Shown piece after piece: positions 27,101 to 33,918 of a DNA stretch of 40,479 nt. The first letter of the stretch is position 1, and each line of letters begins with the position of its first letter. The stretch spans positions 1 to 40,479 of the forward strand of contig CAYHSI010000001.1 of the NCBI GenBank assembly GCA_964359225.1, read 5' to 3'. The translations under genes and the position numbers were made by a program. The notes under the pieces were generated by a model that was not told the origin of the DNA, searched no databases, and saw only the letters and a list, made by a program, of their open reading frames with translations. The DNA comes from an uncultured Anaerolineaceae bacterium. GTDB lineage: Bacteria > Chloroflexota > Anaerolineae > Anaerolineales > E44-bin32.

Positions 27101-28429
27101 CAGCTGGGCAGGGTGCTGGCGAAGCGGGTGGCCGACCCGAAGACGGGGGAGGTGATCTTCGCCCGCGGCGCGCTGCTGGATGCTAAGGCTGCCAAGCAGC
27201 TGGCCTCGGCGGGCGTGGAGGAAGTTTTGGTTCGATCGCCGCTGACTTGCGAGTTGCAGTTCGGGCTCTGCGCCCAGTGTTATGGCATGGACCTGGGGCG
27301 GGGGAAGATGGTCGAGCTGGGGGCCGCGGTCGGGATCGTGGCTGCCCAATCGATCGGAGAACCCGGAACCCAACTGACCCTGCGCACGTTTCACACCGGC
27401 GGTGTGGCGGCGGGTGGCGATATCACCACCGGCCTACCCAGGGTCGAGGAGCTCTTCGAAGCCCGCAAGAAGCCGAAAGGCGAGGCGGTCACCTCCGAGA
27501 TCGAGGGAACCGTTCGGATTATCTCGGCGGATACTCCGAGTGGCCAGCGGGTGGTCCAGGTCTTGGAGAGCCAGCTGCTCAGAGACGAATACACGGTCCC
27601 AGGCAATTGGTCGCTGCGGATCGAGAACGGCGACAATGTAGAGACCGGCGCCACGTTGGCCAGCCGCGGCGAGTCGACGATCGCGGCCAGCCATGGCGGC
27701 AAAGCCCGGGTCAAGGACCGCAAGGTGACAGTCTCGTATGAGCAACGCGAGCAGGTCGAATACGAGGTGCCGGCCAGCGCCCGATTGCTGGTTGACCACG
27801 GCCAAAGGGTTTCGGCGGGCCAGCAGCTGACCGAGGGGTCGCTCAATCCCCACCGGATCCTGCGGATTCTCGGCCGGGAGGCCTGCGAAGTCTACCTGCT
27901 GACGGAAGTGCAAAAGGTCTACCGCTCGCAGGGCCAGAACATTAACGACAAACACTTCGAGGTGATCATCCGGAAGATGCTCTCGAAGGTCCAGATCTCG
28001 CAGCCCGGCGGGACGAGCTTGCTGCCGGGCGACCTGATCGATCGGCTCTACTTGCATCGGCTGAATGCTCGAGTGCTGGCCGAAGGCAAGCGACCGGCCC
28101 GAGCGATGCAGGCATTGCTGGGGATCAGCAAGGCCTCATTGAGCACCGAGTCCTTCCTCTCGGCCTCATCCTTCCAACACACCATCAAGGTGTTGGCGGG
28201 GGCCGCGATCGAAGGCAAGATCGACTACCTGCGGGGCCTCAAGGAAAACGTGATCATCGGCAAGCTGATTCCGGCCGGCACCGGTTTTCCCGGAGAAGAA
28301 GTCGTGCTCCACGATGAACGGCTAGATGGAGAGCGGCCGATCGGGCCGGTTGGTGAGCTGGAGCCGGTCGCCGAGTTGGTTGGGGAGGAGCCAATTCCCG
28401 AAGCTGCCGAGACGGTCGCCGCCGACTGA
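24131..28429 (+). CDS. rpoC: DNA-directed RNA polymerase subunit beta-prime
   Basis: Unmistakable beta-prime motifs are present. These include [26 protein letters not shown], the zinc finger CYCGKYK...CEKCGVEV, the catalytic NADFDGD, and trigger-loop/bridge-helix regions. I chose GTG 24131, 7 nt after GGAGG at 24119-24123; the ORF track start 24071 adds 20 unconserved residues. A ~180-aa charged insertion lies between conserved regions A and B. Confidence 0.97.
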   Translation: MEAKGFRALKISLASPETILSWSYGEVLKPETINYRRLRPEKDGLFCEAIFGPTKDWQCYCGKYKNIRFKGITCEKCGVEVTRASVRRERMGHIGLAAPVAHVWYTRRVPSYLGLLLDISRRNLDRVLYFAQYIVTHVDEEARRRAIKRIDDEIVALDRAQQEAMTAQLSEIKSRRKEELEELKARQKELKAEYEEQVAQLFDPLIREGQRLERELREKIGKSVRAPIHFKAVKKSIVDKGETVSKEHVSQVQKLVKQELEEIEAGAKKKLDRQLDKLKAQLEQIKEESEQEADQAKGAPQAENLAQAEALAKQREELETISQMMFLGETRYRELKSQWGQVFRADMGAEAFYEILQRLDLPKLAEELWVEVRTSKSKQRKKKATKRLKVVEAFRRSGNRPEWMVLTVLPVIPPDLRPMVQLDGGRFATSDLNDLYRRVINRNNRLKRLVELGAPDVIVRNEKRMLQEAVDSLIDNAQRGKALSRRGRRELKSLSDMLKGKKGRFRRNLLGKRVDYSGRSVIVIGPHLKLHQCGLPKAMALELYRPFVISKLVMYNYVANVKGAKRIIERTRPEVWEVLEEVIKDRPVLLNRAPTLHRLGIQAFEPVLVEGKAIQLHPLVCAAFNADFDGDQMSVHVPLSKRAVTEARELMLSSRNLLKPADGEPIVGPSKDMVLGVYYLTMAQDGRTQKGAGRAFSDLEEVEMAYALGQVQVHAPIRLLTQTWYDDQGERLAQPERRLIDTTVGRVLFNDVLPEELRFVNRVLDKEAMQELVGDVYDLLREEGTPAIVDAIKDIGFAYATRSGTTIAVSDITVPEAKKAIVARTLEEAEAVRKDYLRGLLTEQEQNERIIELWQNTTTEVAAAVKSGMDPAGNLSTMAISGATKGGFGPISQLAGMRGLMADPAGRIIPLPIRSNFRDGLNTLEYFISTHGARKGLTDTALRTADAGYLTRRLVDVAQDMIINSDDCGTEDGMMIRTADDIAGQDFILRQLGRVLAKRVADPKTGEVIFARGALLDAKAAKQLASAGVEEVLVRSPLTCELQFGLCAQCYGMDLGRGKMVELGAAVGIVAAQSIGEPGTQLTLRTFHTGGVAAGGDITTGLPRVEELFEARKKPKGEAVTSEIEGTVRIISADTPSGQRVVQVLESQLLRDEYTVPGNWSLRIENGDNVETGATLASRGESTIAASHGGKARVKDRKVTVSYEQREQVEYEVPASARLLVDHGQRVSAGQQLTEGSLNPHRILRILGREACEVYLLTEVQKVYRSQGQNINDKHFEVIIRKMLSKVQISQPGGTSLLPGDLIDRLYLHRLNARVLAEGKRPARAMQALLGISKASLSTESFLSASSFQHTIKVLAGAAIEGKIDYLRGLKENVIIGKLIPAGTGFPGEEVVLHDERLDGERPIGPVGELEPVAELVGEEPIPEAAETVAAD

Positions 28430-28445
28430 TAGCCTGTTGGGAGGT

Positions 28446-28451
28446 TATAAT
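28446..28451 (+). promoter_or_regulatory. TATAAT box upstream of rplU
   Basis: A perfect TATAAT lies 50 nt before the rplU ATG, in the 72-nt rpoC-rplU spacer. The -35 is weak (CGACTG region). No terminator is visible after rpoC. Confidence 0.3.
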
Positions 28452-28501
28452 TCCTATTCGCGCCGTATGCGAGCGGGTGCTGGAGCCGATCGAAACAATC
28501 C

Positions 28502-29035
28502 ATGAAATACGCGATTTTCGCACACGGAGGCAAGCAGTATCTTGCAGAAGAAGGTGGCAAGATCGAAGTCGATCGCCTGGCGCTTGAAGTGGGCAAGCCA
28601 GTCGAGTTCGAGGAGATCTTGCTGGTATCCGACGGCAAGCAGATCGAGGTCGGATCACCGTACGTGACCGGCGCCAAAGTCAAAGGCACGGTCGTCGAAC
28701 ACCCTAACGGCAAGAAGATTATCGTCTTCAAACACCATCCCAAGCACCGCTATCGGCGAACGCAGGGTCAGCGCCGCCGGCTAACCCGGATCTCGATCGA
28801 GGCAGTTGGGGTCCTCGGCCCGGACCAACAGGCTCTCGAGCCGGCCCGGAAACCGGCAGCCGAACCGGCGGCCAAACCGGCGGCCAAACGGGCGGCCAAA
28901 CCGGCGGCCAAACGGGCGGCAAAGCCCCCGGCCAAACGGGCGGCCCTGAAGCGAAGTGCCCCGAAGCAGTCCGGGCAGACCCGCAAGACCGCCGGGAAGT
29001 CCAAGTCGCCTCGGGCGAAGAAGAAGCAGGGTTGA
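28502..29035 (+). CDS. rplU: 50S ribosomal protein L21 with a ~75-aa Lys/Ala/Pro-rich C-terminal extension
   Basis: [24 protein letters not shown]...[29 protein letters not shown] is a canonical L21 core (~103 aa). The remaining residues are [12 protein letters not shown] repeats and a basic tail. Confidence 0.93.
   Translation: MKYAIFAHGGKQYLAEEGGKIEVDRLALEVGKPVEFEEILLVSDGKQIEVGSPYVTGAKVKGTVVEHPNGKKIIVFKHHPKHRYRRTQGQRRRLTRISIEAVGVLGPDQQALEPARKPAAEPAAKPAAKRAAKPAAKRAAKPPAKRAALKRSAPKQSGQTRKTAGKSKSPRAKKKQG
28853..28948 (+). repeat. Eight tandem copies of a 12-nt unit (CCGGCGGCCAAA and variants) inside rplU
   Basis: Read directly: ccggcagccgaa ccggcggccaaa ccggcggccaaa cgggcggccaaa ccggcggccaaa cgggcggcaaag cccccggccaaa cgggcggccctg. 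This encodes [32 protein letters not shown]. Confidence 0.9.
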
Positions 29036-29039
29036 TCTT

Positions 29040-29309
29040 ATGGCACACAAGAAAGGCGGGGGATCCACCCGCAACGGCCGAGACAGCCACTCCCAGCGTC
29101 TGGGAGTCAAGCGATACGCCGGCGAATACCTGCGTTCTGGCAACATCATCATCCGCCAGCGCGGAAGTCGGATCCATCCGGGGTTGAATGTCGACAAAGG
29201 CGGAGACGATACACTCTTCGCTACGGCCGATGGCGTATTGAAGTTTGATTTCGGGCCCGGCGGGCGCCGGCGGGCCAATGTCATTCCACAAACGGCGATC
29301 GTCCAGTGA
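29040..29309 (+). CDS. rpmA: 50S ribosomal protein L27
   Basis: [29 protein letters not shown]...IIRQRG is the L27 signature. I chose ATG 29040; the ORF track start 28956 lies inside rplU. There is no N-terminal pro-peptide. Confidence 0.95.
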   Translation: MAHKKGGGSTRNGRDSHSQRLGVKRYAGEYLRSGNIIIRQRGSRIHPGLNVDKGGDDTLFATADGVLKFDFGPGGRRRANVIPQTAIVQ

Positions 29310-29779
29310 GACCAGGCATTCATCCCAAGTACTTCCCGAACGCAACGGTGATTTGTTCCTGCGGCAACACCTGGACCACCGGGTCGACGGTCGAGCTGAT
29401 TCACACCGATGTCTGTTCCAACTGTCATCCCTTCTATACCGGGGAACAGCGGATTGTCGACACCGAAGGCCAGGTTGACCGCTTCTATCGGAAGCTCGAA
29501 GCCCGCCAGGGCTACCTGCAGGAGATTCGCGAACGGGAGGTGGCACGCACTTCGCCCTCGATTCCGATCTCCGAGTTGGAGTTGGGCAAGCGCGCCGAGC
29601 AGGCGCTGGCCCAGGCCGGGATTACCCAGGTCGGCCAGGCGCTGGAGCTCATGCAGCAAGGGGATCTTGCAATCTTGGCGATTGAGAACTTTGGTCGCAA
29701 GAGCCTCTCCGACTTGAAGCGCCGGCTCAAAGCGCGAGGATTCGAACTCCCCACCGCGGCAAAGGAGCCGCAGGTGTAG
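29306..29779 (+). CDS. rpmE: 50S ribosomal protein L31 (Zn-ribbon type) fused to an RNA polymerase alpha-CTD-like helix-hairpin-helix domain
   Basis: Residues 1-66 ([63 protein letters not shown]) are a full L31 with both CxC/CxxC pairs. Residues ~85-147 ([63 protein letters not shown]) align with E. coli alpha-CTD ([58 protein letters not shown]). The GTG start overlaps the rpmA stop (GTGA). Confidence 0.85.
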   Translation: MRPGIHPKYFPNATVICSCGNTWTTGSTVELIHTDVCSNCHPFYTGEQRIVDTEGQVDRFYRKLEARQGYLQEIREREVARTSPSIPISELELGKRAEQALAQAGITQVGQALELMQQGDLAILAIENFGRKSLSDLKRRLKARGFELPTAAKEPQV

Positions 29780-29811
29780 CTCAACGGCCCATTCCGGCAT
29801 GAAGTAGACTC

Positions 29812-29844
29812 AAGGCAGGTGCCACCCGCACCTGCCTTTTCGTT
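29812..29844 (+). terminator. Rho-independent terminator after rpmE
   Basis: GGCAGGTGC (29814-29822) pairs perfectly with GCACCTGCC (29828-29836), with loop CACCC. Flanking A-T pairs extend the stem to 11 bp. TTTTCGTT follows at 29837-29844. Confidence 0.75.
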
Positions 29845-29863
29845 CAGAGGAGAGATCAAACGG

Positions 29864-30424
29864 TTGACCGGTTCGATTGAAGTCATCACCGGGTCGATGT
29901 TCAGCGGGAAGACCGATGAATTGATCCGCCGTCTGCGACGGGCGACGATCGCCCGGCAGCAAGTTCAAGTATTCAAACCGCAGGTGGACACCCGCTATCA
30001 GGTGGACAGGCTGACCTCTCACGCCGGGAGTCAATTCGAGGCGACCCCGGTGGCCGAGGTGGACCAGATTCCGGGGCTGGTGGCAGCCGAGTCAACCGTC
30101 GTGGCATTTGATGAGGCGCAGTTTTTCGATCCGGCCATCATTGAAGTGTGCCGGGAATTGGCCGATCGAGGCTTGCGGGTGATTGTGGCCGGATTGGACA
30201 CCGACTTCCGCGGCGACCCGTTCGGCCCGGTGCCGGTCCTGATGGCGGTTGGCGAACGGGTAGATAAGCTGCAGGCGATCTGCATGGTCTGCGGGGAGGC
30301 CGCCAGCCGGACCCAACGGCTAATTGACGGCAGGCCGGCCCGCGCCTCGGAGCCGGTGATCGCGGTGGGGGCCAGTGAGCTTTACGAAGCACGCTGCCGC
30401 AAGCATCACGAGGTACCGAAATGA
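29864..30424 (+). CDS. tdk: Thymidine kinase
   Basis: P-loop [23 protein letters not shown], and the C-terminal zinc motif CMVCGEAA...ARCRKHH. The ORF track start 29819 lies inside the terminator hairpin. I prefer TTG 29864, 9 nt after AGAGGAGAG (29846-29854), which gives [17 protein letters not shown]. Confidence 0.88.
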   Translation: MTGSIEVITGSMFSGKTDELIRRLRRATIARQQVQVFKPQVDTRYQVDRLTSHAGSQFEATPVAEVDQIPGLVAAESTVVAFDEAQFFDPAIIEVCRELADRGLRVIVAGLDTDFRGDPFGPVPVLMAVGERVDKLQAICMVCGEAASRTQRLIDGRPARASEPVIAVGASELYEARCRKHHEVPK

Positions 30425-30987
30425 GAGACTATCGCGAGTTCCTGGATGAGATCTTGATCAGCGAGGAGCAACTTCAATCGCGGATTCGAGAGCTCGGGGT
30501 CGAGATCAGCCGGGACTACAACGATCAGGATCTCCTGCTCATCTGCGTACTGCGGGGAGGGGTGCTCTTCCTCGCCGACCTGATGAGGCAGATCAGCGTC
30601 CCGCTCAGCATTGATTTCATGGCAGTCTCCTCCTACGGTGCCGGCTCCCGCCAGTCGAAAGGCCAGGTGCGAATCTCCCTTGACCTTACGACTTCAATTG
30701 AGGGCCGAAATGTCCTGTTGGTCGAAGATATCATTGATAGCGGGCATACGATCGCCTCGGTGCTGGAGATGCTCAGCCTCCGTCGGCCGAGCAGCCTGCG
30801 GGTGTGCGCCCTGCTTGACAAGGCCGAGCGGCGGGAAGTCGTCGTCCCGATCCACTATCGGGGCTTCATCATCCCGAACAAGTTCGTCTTCGGTTACGGC
30901 CTCGATCTCGACGAATACCATCGAAACTTGCCGTTCGTCGGAGTCCTGCGCCCGGACAAAGCTCCCTCGCTTGACCAAGCTGGCTGA
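30421..30987 (+). CDS. hpt: Hypoxanthine-guanine phosphoribosyltransferase
   Basis: PRPP-binding motif [13 protein letters not shown] and the typical N-terminus ([19 protein letters not shown]). The ATG overlaps the tdk stop (ATGA). Confidence 0.92.
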   Translation: MRDYREFLDEILISEEQLQSRIRELGVEISRDYNDQDLLLICVLRGGVLFLADLMRQISVPLSIDFMAVSSYGAGSRQSKGQVRISLDLTTSIEGRNVLLVEDIIDSGHTIASVLEMLSLRRPSSLRVCALLDKAERREVVVPIHYRGFIIPNKFVFGYGLDLDEYHRNLPFVGVLRPDKAPSLDQAG

Positions 30988-32509
30988 GCAGCTCGTCCAA
31001 CCTGAGATCCTGACCCTCGTGCGCCGGCATGCTGGGAACCGGGAGATCTGGCTGGTCGGCGGCGCGCTGCGGGACCACTTCTTGGGTCGGTCCCGACCTG
31101 ACCTCGATTTCGTAGTCGATCGCGAGGCGGCCAAACTGGCCCGCCTGCTGTCGGACGATTTGCAAGCCGGGTTCTATTCCCTGGACGACGAACGCGATGC
31201 GGCCAGAGTCATCCTACCCGACCAGGCTGGAACTCTCGATTTTGTCCGGAGAGCAGGGGCCTCGATTGAAACCGATTTGCGGGAGCGGGACTTCACGATC
31301 AATGCGCTCGCGCTTCCCCTGGTGGGCGACGAGCACTTGATCGATCCGCTGGGGGGCCTGCAGGACCTGAAGGACCGGCGACTGCGCCCCTGTGCAGCAG
31401 AAGCAGTCAGCCGTGACCCGGTCCGCGCCCTGCGGGCCGTTCGCTTGGCGGCCGAGCTCGGGCTGCACATGGAACCCGAGACGGTCGAACAGGTCCGAGC
31501 CGCGGGTGACCACCTGGCGGGGGTTTCGGCCGAGCGAGTGCGGGATGAGTTCATGAGGATGCTTGAGCCGTCCATTGCTCGGACCGCGGTCCGCTTGATG
31601 GATCATCTGGGGCTTCTCATCCGAGTTTGTCCGGAGCTCGACCAGCTCCCCGGTTCCGAGCATTCGGCTCGAGAACGAAGCCTGTCGACGCTGGACCGGC
31701 TTGCGGAGCTTGTGCAGCTGTTGGGTCTGCGAACCGACCGCAAGCGGGATGGGAACCTGGCGTTGGCCGAGGTCGCGCTTCAACTCGGAAGATACCGGGC
31801 GGGCCTCAGTGCCCACCTGGATGGGCGGCTGCGCGGGGGGCGGCGGGTCGCCCAACTCTTGAGCCTGGCGGCGCTCTACCTGCCGAGCGAGAGTAGTTCC
31901 GAGCCTAGTGCGGCCGCCTCCTCCGGAGCGGCGGAGCTCGCATTTCATCGCGGATTGGAGCTGCGGCTCAGCCGGCCGGAGGCCGCTCGGATTCAGACCA
32001 TCGTGCTCAATTACCGGAGGCTGGTGGACTTTTCGACCTCCGGGTCACCCAGCGACGGTGAGGTCTATCGTTTCTTTCGGGCGAGCGGGGAGGCCGGGAT
32101 CGAGCTGGTTCTCTTGTACCTGGCAGCCTCGCTGGCCCAGCTGGGCTCGGCTCCAGATCCGGTGGAGTGGAGGTCAAGGATTGGAATCGCTCGCACTCTC
32201 TTCCAAGCCTGGTTTGAGCGCGGAGATCTGGTGGTTCGACCGCGAAAGCTGATAACCGGCGATGAGCTCGGCACCGCCTTGGGTCTGCAGGCAGGGAAGA
32301 TTATCGGGGATCTGCTGGAAGCGATCCGAGAGGGCCAAGCCGATGGCCGGGTCCACGACCGGGACTCGGCGCTTCAGTTGGCGCGGGTACAGCTGGAATC
32401 CGAGCGGGCTCGGCTGCCGATCGGGCGGCCCTCGGAAGTCACGGATAAAGCTCAGTCAGGGTGGGTTCGTAAAAACAGCGGCAGTGAAGCGGATGAGAAC
32501 ACCCAGTAG
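30971..32509 (+). CDS. cca: tRNA nucleotidyltransferase (CCA-adding) / poly(A) polymerase family protein
   Basis: Head-domain motif IWLVGGALRDHFLGRSRPDLDFVV, then ...RDFTINALA... and DPVRALRAVRLAAELG. The ORF track frame is open from 30611 but overlaps hpt. The start is uncertain; TTG 30971 gives about 25 residues before the GG motif, as usual for the family. Confidence 0.8.
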   Translation: MTKLAEQLVQPEILTLVRRHAGNREIWLVGGALRDHFLGRSRPDLDFVVDREAAKLARLLSDDLQAGFYSLDDERDAARVILPDQAGTLDFVRRAGASIETDLRERDFTINALALPLVGDEHLIDPLGGLQDLKDRRLRPCAAEAVSRDPVRALRAVRLAAELGLHMEPETVEQVRAAGDHLAGVSAERVRDEFMRMLEPSIARTAVRLMDHLGLLIRVCPELDQLPGSEHSARERSLSTLDRLAELVQLLGLRTDRKRDGNLALAEVALQLGRYRAGLSAHLDGRLRGGRRVAQLLSLAALYLPSESSSEPSAAASSGAAELAFHRGLELRLSRPEAARIQTIVLNYRRLVDFSTSGSPSDGEVYRFFRASGEAGIELVLLYLAASLAQLGSAPDPVEWRSRIGIARTLFQAWFERGDLVVRPRKLITGDELGTALGLQAGKIIGDLLEAIREGQADGRVHDRDSALQLARVQLESERARLPIGRPSEVTDKAQSGWVRKNSGSEADENTQ

Positions 32510-32675
32510 TAGGCAGTCCCGGGACCGTCGCTTTCTCGTATTCCCCTTCCTGCAGCCGGCAGGCCGGGCAGGCATCATGAGCGACGATGACCCGAATGCG
32601 GCTCACCCGCGGGTTGTCCCGCATTCGGGAAAGGGCCCCTTCCTGGGGGCTGTCCATCGATTCAGGCGAGAACAC
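32439..32675 (-). CDS. Possible small Cys/His-rich protein (78 aa) with a phage Mu-F / SPP1-gp7-like C-terminal motif
   Basis: The translation ...RIRVIVAHDACPACRLQEGEYEKATVPGLPTTGCSHPLHCRCFYEP has the pattern D..CP.C....G......P....H...CRC...P. That pattern is known from the C-terminal part of phage head-morphogenesis (Mu F-like) proteins. A TACAAT box (rc of 32687-32692) lies 11 nt upstream of the GTG start. Its 3' 71 nt overlap the convergent cca gene, which lowers confidence. Confidence 0.4.
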   Translation of the reverse strand: MFSPESMDSPQEGALSRMRDNPRVSRIRVIVAHDACPACRLQEGEYEKATVPGLPTTGCSHPLHCRCFYEPTLTELYP

Positions 32676-32710
32676 GTGCGTTGCGGATTGTACCCCTCAG
32701 CCGGTTCGTG

Positions 32711-33868
32711 ATGACCCGAGCCGTTCTGCACGTAGACCTCGATGCGTTTTTCTGCTCGGTGGAAGAACTGCTGGCCCCTGAACTCAAGGGCCAGGCCTTT
32801 GTTGTCGGCGGTCGGCCGGAGGGGAGGGGAGTTGTGGCCTCGGCCTCCTACGCCGCTCGAAAGTTCGGGGTTCGATCGGCGATGCCGATGGCCCAGGCCG
32901 TGCGATTGTGTCCCGGACTGCAGATTGTCCGACCACGGCATGGAGAGTATTCGGACCATTCGGAACGCGTGATGCAGTATTTGCGCGATTCGGTTCCGGT
33001 GGTTGAACAGATCTCGATAGACGAGGCATTCCTGGATGCGAGCGACGACCCGCGGGGAGGCTCGGGCGCGGCCCGGGAGATGCAGACCGAAATCCGCAGC
33101 CGGTTTGGCCTGCCAAGCTCATGGGGGGTAGCCAGCAACAAGCTGGTCGCCAAGATCGCAACTGAAGTCGGCAAGCCCGGCGGGCTGATCGCCGTTCCCG
33201 GCGGCTCGGAGGCCCAGTTCCTCGCACCGCTCCCGGTTGGTATGCTCTGGGGGATCGGCCCCAAGTCCGAGGCCCGCCTTGCGGAGCTCGAGATCCGGAC
33301 CATCGGTCAGCTGACCCGCTTGTCGGCGGATCGGCTCGGAGCGACGCTTGGAGATTGGGGCACAGAACTTGCAGCCAGGGCCCGGGGACTCGACGACCGG
33401 CCTGTCGAGGATTCTTATGAACCGCGCTCGGTCTCCGCAGAGCAGACCTTTGCTAGGGATGTTTCATCCGAGGCGAAACTGCGCCGCTGTTTGCTGGAAT
33501 CGAGCGAAAGAGTAGGCCGGCGGCTGCGCCGAGCCGAATTGGCCGGATCGACGGTCCGGATCAAACTGCGCTGGCCGGACTTTGCGACGATCAGCAGGCA
33601 AATTCGGTTGGCTCAGCCAACGGATCAGGACCAGGAGATCTTCCGTGCCGCCTGGTCGCTGTTTCAGGCCAACTGGCGCCGGGGTCGGGCGGTCCGTTTG
33701 CTCGGGGTGGGCGTGTCGGATTTGGGCCCTCCCCTGCGGCAGCTTGAGCTATTCGACCGGGCCTGGGAGCACGACCGGAAGCTGCTGCAGGCGATCGACC
33801 GGCTGCGGGCAAAGTACGGTTCGGATGTGCTGACCCGCGCCGGCGAGTTGGCCGCTGATCGGGAGTGA
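32711..33868 (+). CDS. dinB: DNA polymerase IV (Y-family)
   Basis: The MTRAVLHVDLDAFFCSVEEL N-terminus, SIDEAFLD, the VASNKLVAKIATEVGKPGG motif and the little-finger region are present. I chose ATG 32711; the ORF track TTG 32681 adds 10 residues. Confidence 0.93.
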   Translation: MTRAVLHVDLDAFFCSVEELLAPELKGQAFVVGGRPEGRGVVASASYAARKFGVRSAMPMAQAVRLCPGLQIVRPRHGEYSDHSERVMQYLRDSVPVVEQISIDEAFLDASDDPRGGSGAAREMQTEIRSRFGLPSSWGVASNKLVAKIATEVGKPGGLIAVPGGSEAQFLAPLPVGMLWGIGPKSEARLAELEIRTIGQLTRLSADRLGATLGDWGTELAARARGLDDRPVEDSYEPRSVSAEQTFARDVSSEAKLRRCLLESSERVGRRLRRAELAGSTVRIKLRWPDFATISRQIRLAQPTDQDQEIFRAAWSLFQANWRRGRAVRLLGVGVSDLGPPLRQLELFDRAWEHDRKLLQAIDRLRAKYGSDVLTRAGELAADRE

Positions 33869-33918
33869 GCGGGGATTGCAGGCACGAACCCTGGGTGAGG
33901 GTGCAAGGTAACTAAGAA

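Noticed and set aside
24635-27394. Two very long antisense ORFs (358 aa and 560 aa) inside rpoC
   Set aside because: The sense frame carries unmistakable beta-prime motifs throughout. The antisense translations are Arg/Leu/Gly/Pro-rich with no recognisable motifs, as expected from stop-poor antisense frames in GC-rich DNA.
28853-28948. Tandem 12-nt repeats as a possible CRISPR or minisatellite element
   Set aside because: The units are contiguous with no spacers and lie in frame inside rplU, encoding a PAAK peptide repeat. They are not a CRISPR array.
29740-29760. GGATTCGAACTCC, resembling the complement of a tRNA T-arm
   Set aside because: It lies inside the L31-fusion reading frame, where it encodes RGFELP. 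No acceptor or anticodon stems can be drawn around it.
28781-29800. 339-aa minus-strand ORF spanning rplU, rpmA and rpmE
   Set aside because: It is a shadow of three well-conserved ribosomal protein genes. Its translation includes the mirror image of the PAAK repeat (FGRRFGRP...), which is an artefact of the repeat.
30611-30970. 5' extension of the cca ORF (632-aa version)
   Set aside because: The extension lies entirely inside hpt in another frame and is Ser/Arg-rich. The nucleotidyltransferase homology only begins about 25 residues before the LVGGALRD motif.
32510-32560. Palindrome GTCCCGGGAC after the cca stop as a terminator
   Set aside because: A perfect 10-nt palindrome leaves no loop, the stem would be 3-4 bp, and there is no clean T-tract. 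The region is also inside the candidate small ORF.
32664-32690. Possible LexA/SOS box upstream of dinB (GAACACGTGCGTTG)
   Set aside because: The half-sites are GAAC and GTTG with a 6-nt spacer. This is not the GAAC-N4-GTTC arrangement expected for Gram-positive or Chloroflexus-type LexA, and the sequence is not a true palindrome.
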